Position numbers and translations under genes: made by a program
NCBI GenBank assembly: GCA_049424145.1
Contig: JBMSSC010000048.1
Location: 1-18,020 of the forward strand
DNA from: Bdellovibrionia bacterium
Lineage (GTDB): Bacteria; Bdellovibrionota; UBA1018
DNA length: 18,020 nt
Direction of reading: 5' to 3'
The notes under the pieces: generated by a model
The model's database searches: none
Seen by the model: only the letters and a program-made list of their open reading frames with translations
Told to the model about the DNA's origin: nothing
Part shown: piece by piece, positions 8,274 to 16,327 of the stretch
Layout: each line of letters starts with the position of its first letter
Numbering within the stretch: position 1 is the first letter of the stretch

Positions 8274-9263
8274 TTAGATTGAGCGGATCACCCACAAGGT
8301 CAAAGCAGAAATAGCGGCAGCGGCAGGAATGGTTAAAATCCAGGCCCAGATAATTCGTGAGGCAATGCCCCAGCGAATCGTATGAGGAGAGTAAACACTG
8401 CCGGCACCCACGATGGCCCCCGTAATGGTGTGAGTGGTGGAAACAGGAATCCCAAGCCCCGTGGCTAAAAACAAGGTCATGGCTCCGGCCGTCTCAGCAC
8501 TGAATCCTCCAATCGGCTTCAGCTTTGTGATCTTAAGCCCCATGGTCTTCACAATCTTCCACCCTCCCATCAGGGTACCTAAGCCCATGGCCGTCTGACA
8601 AAGCAGAATGACCCAAAAAGGAACATGAAACTGAGGCCCCAGATAACCGGCTGAGAAAAGAAGGATCGCAATGATTCCCATCGTTTTTTGAGCATCATTG
8701 CCGCCATGCCCCAGGCTGTACAGGGCTGCCGAGAAAAACTGAAGGCGCCTAAACCACTTATCCACTAATCGCGGCGCAAGGTTCTTACAAATTTGCGCCG
8801 TCAGCACCGAAAGAAGACTCGCTAGGATCAAGCCTAAAAAAGGAGATAAGACGATGGAAACTAAAACCTTGAGTAACCCCTCATACTGAAGCGCACTGGA
8901 GCCGGCTCGCACCAAAACCGATCCCACCAGTCCGCCCACTAAGGCATGGGAGGAGCTCGAAGGTAAGGCAAAGTACCAAGTCACCAGATTCCAAGCGATG
9001 GCCCCAAATAGAGAAGAAAAGATCACCGCAGGACTGACCATCGCAGGATCCACTAAACCTCGCCCGATGGTGTTGGCCACTCGGGTTTCAAAAAATAAAA
9101 AGGCGATGAAATTGAAGGCCGCTGCCCAAATCACAGCATGCTGGGGCTTTAAAACGCGGGTTGAAACAATGGTTGCAATCGAGTTCGCCGCGTCATGGAA
9201 GCCATTAATAAAATCAAAAATGAGGGCCAGTAAGATAATAACAACTAGGGCATAAAGGTCCAT
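8274..9263 (-). CDS. pit: Inorganic phosphate transporter, PiT family (short form)
   Basis: Signature motifs GFHDAANSIAT, LPSSSSHALVGG, HGGNDAQKTMG, GIPVSTTHTITGAIVG; SD GAGGGG upstream. Confidence 0.95.
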   Translation of the reverse strand: MDLYALVVIILLALIFDFINGFHDAANSIATIVSTRVLKPQHAVIWAAAFNFIAFLFFETRVANTIGRGLVDPAMVSPAVIFSSLFGAIAWNLVTWYFALPSSSSHALVGGLVGSVLVRAGSSALQYEGLLKVLVSIVLSPFLGLILASLLSVLTAQICKNLAPRLVDKWFRRLQFFSAALYSLGHGGNDAQKTMGIIAILLFSAGYLGPQFHVPFWVILLCQTAMGLGTLMGGWKIVKTMGLKITKLKPIGGFSAETAGAMTLFLATGLGIPVSTTHTITGAIVGAGSVYSPHTIRWGIASRIIWAWILTIPAAAAISALTLWVIRSI

Positions 9264-9278
9264 GAATCTCCCCTCGGA

Positions 9279-9923
9279 TCAAGCGTATTCAAGAACGATG
9301 ACTTCGATTCGATTGGCAATCTCAACACAGCAGGAGATGAGTTGATTAAAAGTCGAGACTAAGTCCCGGTACTTCATCATCAGCTTGACGTCATCTGTTT
9401 CAAATAGATCCACTGAGATTTTCCTCAAAAGGACACGAGCCCGGTATTTTACTTGATGGATCTGAGCACAGATTTGAACTAGAGGATCCGGTTCTTTGAT
9501 TTTTCTCAACCCCGGAATGGCGCTCGAGACTAAATTCACCTGCTCGTTCACGAGCTGAGCCAATTCCAGAAGAACCGCCATCTGATTCTTTGAACTGGGA
9601 ACCTCTTTGGAAAGCCGGTAATCGGCCACAAAGCAGGTGAGCTGAGCTAATAACTCAACTCCTTTGGCCATTTTAAAAACCAAAGTGTGAATGTCATTTC
9701 TCTCAAACGGAGTGATGAACGTCTTGTGCAAGTACTCCAAAATCGTGTGGGTGATCTGATCTGCCTGAATTTCAACTTCAGAAAGTGCCATGGCTTTTGC
9801 CGAAGCCTCTGCGGGATGCTCCATGGAGGAGAGCATCATGGCCGAAGCTTGAGACAAAAGGTCGGCCATTTGATCAAATCGATCAAAATACTTCTCTTCT
9901 TTTGGCAGAATACTTTTTAACAT
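9279..9923 (-). CDS. DUF47 / PhoU-like Pit accessory protein
   Basis: ILPKEEKYFDRF, EIQADQITH, LHKTFITPFERNDI and the C-terminal ANRIEVIVLEYA are typical of DUF47; located immediately upstream of pit; SD AAGGA. Confidence 0.9.
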   Translation of the reverse strand: MLKSILPKEEKYFDRFDQMADLLSQASAMMLSSMEHPAEASAKAMALSEVEIQADQITHTILEYLHKTFITPFERNDIHTLVFKMAKGVELLAQLTCFVADYRLSKEVPSSKNQMAVLLELAQLVNEQVNLVSSAIPGLRKIKEPDPLVQICAQIHQVKYRARVLLRKISVDLFETDDVKLMMKYRDLVSTFNQLISCCVEIANRIEVIVLEYA

Positions 9924-10194
9924 TCAATCATCCTTTGCTTAAAAAGCACCGGATATCTACCATGAAGCGCCCGGGAAAGAAACAGAATCTTCCTTGAATT
10001 ATTCACGAAACTAGATAAAAAATGAACCTAAATATTTGAAATCTTTATTTTTTTTATTTTTTCAAATCCACTTCATTCAGGATTCAAGCCTCCCCCCTGC
10101 CTTCTTCCGCTTGCCCCTTCCGACTCCTCTGATTTCCTCTGCGTTTCTCATCACTTCTATGCTAAAAGCTCAGACTCTGCAGGAGAAACTGACC

Positions 10195-11490
10195 ATGGAC
10201 TCAAACTCACTCACCCTGATCAGCTGCACCTTAGGCGGCGGACTGGTTGGAGCTACCGCAACCCTTCTCACCCTCAAACATCAGCTCACGGAAAGAGCCA
10301 CGGCTCAGCTCCTGGTTCAGGAAAAACTCACCTGGACCCAAAGTCAGCTTGAGGACCTCAAGCAATCCCTCGCCTCTCATCAAGCGGAGCTCCTGGAACT
10401 GAGGAAAAAAGAAGCCGCCTGGTTGACGGAACAAAAGCATTTTCAAGAGCGAATCGACGCTCAAGCCCAATTCATGGAAAGCCTCAAAACTCAGTCCAAG
10501 CTTGAGTTTGAAAACCTCGCTCAAAGCGTTCTGGAGTTAAAATCCAAGACCTTCAGCGAGCAAACGGAGAAAAACTTAGACGGAATCCTCCGCCCATTGA
10601 GAGAGAAATTGGGAGAGTTTGAGAAAAAAGTAGAGTCCACCTACCGAATCGAAGCCAATGAGCGCATCGCATTAAAAACAGAAATCGAAAGACTGGTTCT
10701 GCTCAATGACCGCATGACTCAGGAAACCAGTCAACTCACCCAGGCCCTCAAAGGAGATTCCAAGTTCCAAGGCAACTGGGGAGAATTGGTTTTGGAAAAA
10801 GTCCTGGAGTCCTCGGGCTTAAGAGAAAATCATGAGTACACCCTGCAGCAAGAATACCGAAACGACGCAGGCGAGAAGTTTCGACCGGACGTCATCATTC
10901 ATCTTCCAGAAAACAAGCACCTCGTTGTGGATGCCAAGGTCTCTTTGAAAAGCTACGAGGCCTATTGCAACAGCCAGGAGAGCGCCCAACGCCAGGCATC
11001 CTTGGAGGGGCACCTCAAATCCGTTATGAAACACGTGGAGGAACTGGGCAGTAAGCACTACAGCAAACTCAAGGGCATCAAGTCCCCCGAGTTCGTCTTT
11101 TTATTCATGCCCATTGAGCCTGCCTTTCTTCTTGCAGCGCAGGCGGATCCCGAGCTCACGAGCAAAGCATGGAAGCAAGGGGTGGCCATCGTGACCGCCA
11201 CCTCGCTGTTAACGAGCTTAAAAACCGTAGCCTCAATCTGGAAGGTGGAGAATCAAAACAAGAACGCCTTAGAGATCGCACAAGAAGGCGCCAAGCTCTA
11301 TGACAAGTTTGTGGGTTTTCTTGAGGATTTTGAAAAGATTGGAAAAACCTTTGAACAAGGCCACTCCCAATTCACAAGCGCCATGGGAAAACTCAAAGAG
11401 GGACCGGGCAATATTTTTCGAAAAATGGAGCTTTTAAGAGAGCTCGGAGCCGCTCCCAATAAAAAGATCAAAGCCGAGCTGCTTGAGTAA
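10195..11490 (+). CDS. rmuC: DNA recombination protein RmuC; start re-called at ATG 10195
   Basis: N-terminal TM anchor, coiled coil, GNWGELVLEKVLESSGL, RPDVIIHLP, VVDAKVSL, FVFLFMPIE, LYDKF. AGGAG at 10181-10185 precedes ATG 10195. Confidence 0.95.
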   Translation: MDSNSLTLISCTLGGGLVGATATLLTLKHQLTERATAQLLVQEKLTWTQSQLEDLKQSLASHQAELLELRKKEAAWLTEQKHFQERIDAQAQFMESLKTQSKLEFENLAQSVLELKSKTFSEQTEKNLDGILRPLREKLGEFEKKVESTYRIEANERIALKTEIERLVLLNDRMTQETSQLTQALKGDSKFQGNWGELVLEKVLESSGLRENHEYTLQQEYRNDAGEKFRPDVIIHLPENKHLVVDAKVSLKSYEAYCNSQESAQRQASLEGHLKSVMKHVEELGSKHYSKLKGIKSPEFVFLFMPIEPAFLLAAQADPELTSKAWKQGVAIVTATSLLTSLKTVASIWKVENQNKNALEIAQEGAKLYDKFVGFLEDFEKIGKTFEQGHSQFTSAMGKLKEGPGNIFRKMELLRELGAAPNKKIKAELLE

Positions 11491-11984
11491 AACCCGACAA
11501 CTGAAGCAAGCCTGAGAGGTCAAAGAGAGACCGAAAAAAAAGCTTGGTTAACACGCTTTATGCAATAACGAGAAAGAAAAAAAACTTCACCTCAAAACTG
11601 GCCATCTGCTCTTTGTATTTTTGCCTCAATCTGCAGAGGCTTGCTTCTGTACGATTCTAAATGAATCGCCTTGATTTGAGCCCAAGCAATCTGCCCTTCT
11701 TTTCCAGAAAAGTTACGACTCCCTCTGATGGAATCCGCTTTTGAGCATCGTCATCTAAAAGATTCTCCAAGCCCAAACCATAAAGATGGAAATCAGCCAC
11801 TCCCCCTCTGTCCTCCGGCTCGACTCATCATGCCTGATCAATCTCTTCCGGAGTTTAAAGTATTGCTATGAAATATGAAAAAAGTTTTGAAACCATTCAA
11901 AGCCTACTGGAAATGGAGCATCTTATGTTATCTTTGAAAAAGGTCATTTCATAATTTTTTGGATACACTCATCGATAAAAAAAT

Positions 11985-12968
11985 ATGCCAAAAATAATCT
12001 TTATTTTGTTTTTTCTCGGTTGCCTCACGACTCCTCAAGCGTACTCGCTGGAGGTCCGTTGTTTTGATCAAAAAAAACAAATCCAGGCTGAGGTCTTCGA
12101 TTCAAACGTGAGGTATCCCGAGAGTCCTCTTTTTGAAGGTGGGGCGCTTTATTTCGTCGAGTATGCCCGAAGTCAGGTGATTCGCTTCAAAGGAAAAGAA
12201 AAAACCGTGTTCTGGAAAAGTCAGGGTTGCGGTCCCGCCGCCATTTCAGCTTTAGAGAATGGGGAGTTTTTGGTGTCCTGCTATGATCGAAATTCGATTG
12301 TGAAGCTATCCAAGACTGGAGAACAGGTTCAGGAGTTTTCATCTGATCACTTAGGTTTCCCCTTTCGCGGGCCCAATGACTTTACGCATCATCCTGAGTT
12401 TGGGATTTACTTTACCGCTTCAGGCGAGTTTCACCCTCAGGCTCCGGTGGAGGGGAAGATCCTCCACCTTTCAAATGACGGATTCAAAACCGTAGCGACG
12501 GGAATTCATTATGCCAATGGACTGGCCATTTCTGATCAAGGCCGCAGTCTTTTGGTCTCAGAGCACCTGAAGAATCGGATTCTCCGATACGAGATCAAGC
12601 CAGGGGGTCTTCTCTCGGACCGCCCCTCCGTGTTTGCTGATCTTTCCGTGCTTGGGCCCATCGCTGTGGACTTCTCCCAGGGTCTGTTGGGACCGGATGG
12701 TCTGCGAGTGGATGATGACGGTCGAGTCTATGTGGCTCACTACGGAGGGGCTCAAGTGCTCAAGCTCTCGCCATCGGGCGAGCTCATCGGAATCATTTCG
12801 ATCAGCGCTACCTACCCAAACATCACCAACCTTTGGATCCATGGGAGCACACTTTACCTCAGTGCCGTTCAGGACTCATCACGCCCAGGTGATGCGGGAC
12901 TTCTCTTCTCCATTCACGACCCTCATCTCGCATCGAGAAAGAATCTGGTCTGCCAGATTCTGGAGTAA
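11985..12968 (+). CDS. Secreted SMP-30/gluconolactonase/LRE family beta-propeller
   Basis: Signal peptide MPKIIFILFFLGCLTTPQAYS; motifs YPESP, GPNDF, YANGLA, GPDGL. Confidence 0.9.
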   Translation: MPKIIFILFFLGCLTTPQAYSLEVRCFDQKKQIQAEVFDSNVRYPESPLFEGGALYFVEYARSQVIRFKGKEKTVFWKSQGCGPAAISALENGEFLVSCYDRNSIVKLSKTGEQVQEFSSDHLGFPFRGPNDFTHHPEFGIYFTASGEFHPQAPVEGKILHLSNDGFKTVATGIHYANGLAISDQGRSLLVSEHLKNRILRYEIKPGGLLSDRPSVFADLSVLGPIAVDFSQGLLGPDGLRVDDDGRVYVAHYGGAQVLKLSPSGELIGIISISATYPNITNLWIHGSTLYLSAVQDSSRPGDAGLLFSIHDPHLASRKNLVCQILE

Positions 12969-13086
12969 ACCCGATTTCCCACCGACGAAATTCTCTCAAC
13001 CAAAGGAGTCACATCGAGCTTACGTGAGTGAGTGAGGTAGGCCATGAGAGAAGCTCTTCCGAGCATCAAAAAAGGAGGCAAAGCCC

Positions 13087-14874
13087 TTATTTTTTCTCCT
13101 GGGGCTTTTGCTTCAGCCATTCAATGGCTTGGATCAGAGCGGAGTCCATGGATCCATCCTCTTTTCTTTGTTTCCTCAGTCGTTCGTGACCTTGAATTCC
13201 CTGGCCCTCCACCTTAATGTCTTTCACCGGTGTATGAATGTCGTTGCCTGGATAGCGAATTTCGTAGGTTCCCGACTCCATCTTGAAATTCTCAGTATAG
13301 AGTCCTTGAGCCGCTCCTGGAGTGCTGCCGAAGACTCGGACGGCTGAGGGGTATAGAGGGCTTTCTGAAGCAGTCTGTCCTGCTCTGAGCTCATCATACT
13401 CCATCGGAGCTGCTGCACAGACCTCCGCTGCACAGAAGGAGTCCTTCACTAAAAAAGCAATTTTTCCTCGAAACGGTGTAATGGCCCCCAGGGTTTGACC
13501 TATTCCTGGAACCCTTTGTCCTGGCGAGGGAACTCTGATGGTATCTCTTAATTCCGGTTTCTCAAGCGGCAGGCTTTTGATCTTATAGATTCCTTCTTCA
13601 ATCTGAGTCTTGACTTCATCGAGGGAGGTCATGATGGGTAAGAATGGACTCAGCGCCTGCTGAAGGCCCTGTGGAAGATTTACCTTGCCTGAGGGCTGAT
13701 CCCGATGACAATCAATTGGGGGACATTTCTCAGTCAACAGGGACTCCTTGAGTTGATCAATCTTGGATTGACTCGCTAAAAATAGATTTCGTATTCGCTC
13801 TTGTAAGGCCGGAAATCGGAATAAGCCTTTGATCAATTCATTCTGATCCCTGGCCAGCCTGATGAAGTCGCCCTGAAGGGCTTGCTGCAAATTTCGGCAC
13901 TCACTGGGGAACGTCAGGACTCCATTAAGACGACTGACCACATCATGAAGGCGCAACACATAGCGATCCATGGCTTCATGGACCTTAGGTTCAGTCAAGT
14001 ACCCAGCAACTATGGTTTTCTCAAGCTCGTGAGCTTTGCCTACCTCATGAATGATGGGGGTTCCCTCCTTCAACAAGAAGCTTAAGAAATGATCGGGTCT
14101 TCCGCCAGGATTGCCGCGCAGGTCAACCACAACGTCTTTTTGCTTTTTTATTGCAAGCAAGAAAGCTTCCGCGACAATCTCCGGACGATACTCCCCCTCA
14201 AATGAGGGTACAGAGAGTCGAATCACTTGGCTTCCTTGGTAATCAATCTCCTGAAAGCTGGGTGCATAAATAACGCTCCGGCTCTTGCATTTAATATCCA
14301 TCTCCTCAGTTTCCCCGTTGAGTTTTCGCACGTGCACTCGGACGCTCTGTCCATCGGCGCACCCCTGAAACTCGGAGAAGGGTCTTCCGTTGACCGCCAG
14401 GATTTGATCGCCACGACCAATTCCATTTTCTGACAAACCTGAGTTTGGAAATAAAATTCGAATCTTTTCAACGTCATGACCCGAGGGATCAGGTTTGGTA
14501 TGGACTCCAAGCATACCCGGTTTTGCTTCGATCTCAAGTGAACCACTGGGCTCTAAGGGAGGCCGTTTTTGGATCGCAAGATGACTTAAATTCATCTCTT
14601 TGAGGACCTGACTGAGGATTTCAATCACTTGATCCGGGTTTTGCTGGATCCTCCTTTGAGTTTCAGGCGACCTTTTTTGAAAGAGTTGAAAAGCCGATCG
14701 GTAGGATTCCGGAGCACTGCTTCGATTTAAGGCCTTCTCTAAAGTATTTGAAACCTTTTGATAAATCATTGCAGCTTCTTCATCTTTTACCTGAGAGTCC
14801 GCAAATAAATAGGGAGTCAAAGCCACCCCAAAAAGGACATAGGATGTCAGTGTCTGAAAGAATGGACGTCTCAT
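13087..14874 (-). CDS. Secreted PDZ-containing S41-family (tail-specific protease-like) protein with atypical active site; start re-called at ATG 14874
   Basis: Signal peptide MRRPFFQTLTSYVLFGVALTPYLFA with GGAG upstream; LSHL; PDZ (GMLGV...GIGRGDQILAVNG); DLRGNPGG; SFCAAE; VFGSTPGA; VEGQGI. Confidence 0.85.
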   Translation of the reverse strand: MRRPFFQTLTSYVLFGVALTPYLFADSQVKDEEAAMIYQKVSNTLEKALNRSSAPESYRSAFQLFQKRSPETQRRIQQNPDQVIEILSQVLKEMNLSHLAIQKRPPLEPSGSLEIEAKPGMLGVHTKPDPSGHDVEKIRILFPNSGLSENGIGRGDQILAVNGRPFSEFQGCADGQSVRVHVRKLNGETEEMDIKCKSRSVIYAPSFQEIDYQGSQVIRLSVPSFEGEYRPEIVAEAFLLAIKKQKDVVVDLRGNPGGRPDHFLSFLLKEGTPIIHEVGKAHELEKTIVAGYLTEPKVHEAMDRYVLRLHDVVSRLNGVLTFPSECRNLQQALQGDFIRLARDQNELIKGLFRFPALQERIRNLFLASQSKIDQLKESLLTEKCPPIDCHRDQPSGKVNLPQGLQQALSPFLPIMTSLDEVKTQIEEGIYKIKSLPLEKPELRDTIRVPSPGQRVPGIGQTLGAITPFRGKIAFLVKDSFCAAEVCAAAPMEYDELRAGQTASESPLYPSAVRVFGSTPGAAQGLYTENFKMESGTYEIRYPGNDIHTPVKDIKVEGQGIQGHERLRKQRKEDGSMDSALIQAIEWLKQKPQEKK

Positions 14875-15616
14875 ACGGATCAACTCCAGAGAATTCGGAA
14901 AAAATGCGATGATTCGATGGAACCTCAAGCGTTCTACTGAGGGATCGGTAAGTTTTAGGTAAATATTAATGACCCCTACAAATCTTAATTAATTCTCAGT
15001 GAACATCAGATAGCGCTGAAATGATTGATAGATTGAATCGGTTAAGAATAATTAAAATTTGGCGCATCTAAAATCCGAAGTGAGTCTGTTAGAATCTCAC
15101 GACCCTAGTTGAAAAAGATAAGGCTTAGATGACTCAGATTCAATCCATACTCAGTTCCGTGCAGCAGCTCCGGGGAAGTATTGGAGGCGTCCTATCGCCT
15201 CAGGCTCAAGGGTCCAAGCAGGCATTCATTCAGTTTTGGATTCCGATGAGAGCCCTTGGGAGCGAGGTTAAACGGTTTGCCACTTGAGGTTTTGAGAGGT
15301 TAAAAGCTCAGTCAAGCGCTCCACACCCGATTGCCTATCAAAAAGATCGCGGAGGGGAGCGTGGCAAAGAGCTCGACCCACTTCACCGTGAATCGCCTAA
15401 TCGAAACAAAAACCAGCCTGACTCAGAGCGCAAAGACTGCAGATTGATTCTTCAAAGACCTATGAGGCAGAATCAGATCGGCCTCAAGCAACCTGGAAAA
15501 TCACCCAGAAATTGCTTTGTAAGCGACTCAATGCACAAACGATTCAATCTCTTCTTTGGAATCCCGATACGTCTTTAGGAACACTCTCCCCAGAAGAGGG
15601 AGAAAGGGATCAATCA

Positions 15617-16078
15617 ATGAAGAAAAAATCCATGACCGCTACACCCGTCCTGGAGACTCCACCCTATCGAAACCACACTCTGCTCATCGTCGATGATGAC
15701 GCTCTGCTACGAGGGGCTCTGGCGTTTGACTTCAAACGCAAAGGCTTTTGTGTGATTGCAGTAGAGAGCGGAAAAAAGGCCTTGGAAGTTCTTAAAACCA
15801 CGCCTGTTGATCTCATTCTTGCGGACCTGCGCATGTCCAACGGAGATGGAGGCTACCTCCTCACTCAATTAAAAAAGAGGAAAGAAGCACACCCTCCCCT
15901 CATTCTCCTCTCAGGCTTACTCGAGCTCAATCCCGAGGAATACATTCATCAAGGGGCATTGGCCGTATTTGAAAAACCGTTTTGCCGGCGAAAGCTTTTA
16001 AAACTCATCCTGAACACGTTAGAGGGTTCCCCTTGCTCGGAGCAAAGGCCTCAGACCCAGAATCAGGTGCTAGCATGA
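15617..16078 (+). CDS. Single-domain response regulator (REC only); start re-called at ATG 15617 (or 15632)
   Basis: LIVDDD, ILADLRM (phospho-Asp), LLSG, FEKPF; no output domain; AAGGGA upstream of 15617. Confidence 0.9.
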   Translation: MKKKSMTATPVLETPPYRNHTLLIVDDDALLRGALAFDFKRKGFCVIAVESGKKALEVLKTTPVDLILADLRMSNGDGGYLLTQLKKRKEAHPPLILLSGLLELNPEEYIHQGALAVFEKPFCRRKLLKLILNTLEGSPCSEQRPQTQNQVLA

Positions 16079-16308
16079 TGGACAACGAGGAGAAGAAATT
16101 TTTACATCAAATGGCAAGCCCCATTGCTGCAGCTCTCCTCCTGATGGACATTCTCATGGAGGACATCCAGAAGGAGCCTCAGGCTCAAGCTCGCCTAAAC
16201 CCGCCACTTGAGCAGCTTCATGAAGTCTTGCAAAAGGTCAAAAGCTCCCTGGAGGAAAGAAGAAAAACACTCATGCAAACCCCCCCCTTAGGAATGCCTA
16301 AGGCCTAG
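16075..16308 (+). CDS. 77-aa helical protein with an H-box-like motif (stand-alone HisKA/DHp-like domain); start re-called at 16075
   Basis: ATG 16075 overlaps the REC stop (ATGA). Sequence MMDNEEKKFLHQMASPIAAALLLMDILMEDIQKE...LEQLHEVLQKVKSSLEE resembles the H-box H-[DE]-x-x-[NST]-P-[LI] followed by a two-helix hairpin. Confidence 0.7.
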   Translation: MMDNEEKKFLHQMASPIAAALLLMDILMEDIQKEPQAQARLNPPLEQLHEVLQKVKSSLEERRKTLMQTPPLGMPKA

Positions 16309-16327
16309 AGAAAAGAGGTGAAATGCT

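Noticed and set aside
9990..10065. Pho box upstream of the DUF47-pit operon
   Set aside because: Only degenerate TTCA-like half sites with irregular spacing in an AT-rich tract; no convincing 11-bp direct repeats.
10036..10194. N-terminal extension of RmuC
   Set aside because: Low-complexity T-rich promoter region; AGGAG before ATG 10195 gives the normal TM-anchored start.
11552..11673. Signal-peptide-like peptide (LLFVFLPQSAEACFC) in the rmuC-lactonase gap
   Set aside because: No suitable upstream start codon after the in-frame TAA at 11549 and an early stop; cannot be supported as a gene or pseudogene.
15982..16074. Upstream 31 codons of the 108-aa ORF
   Set aside because: They overlap the REC gene out of frame; the coupled ATG at 16075 is the more plausible start.
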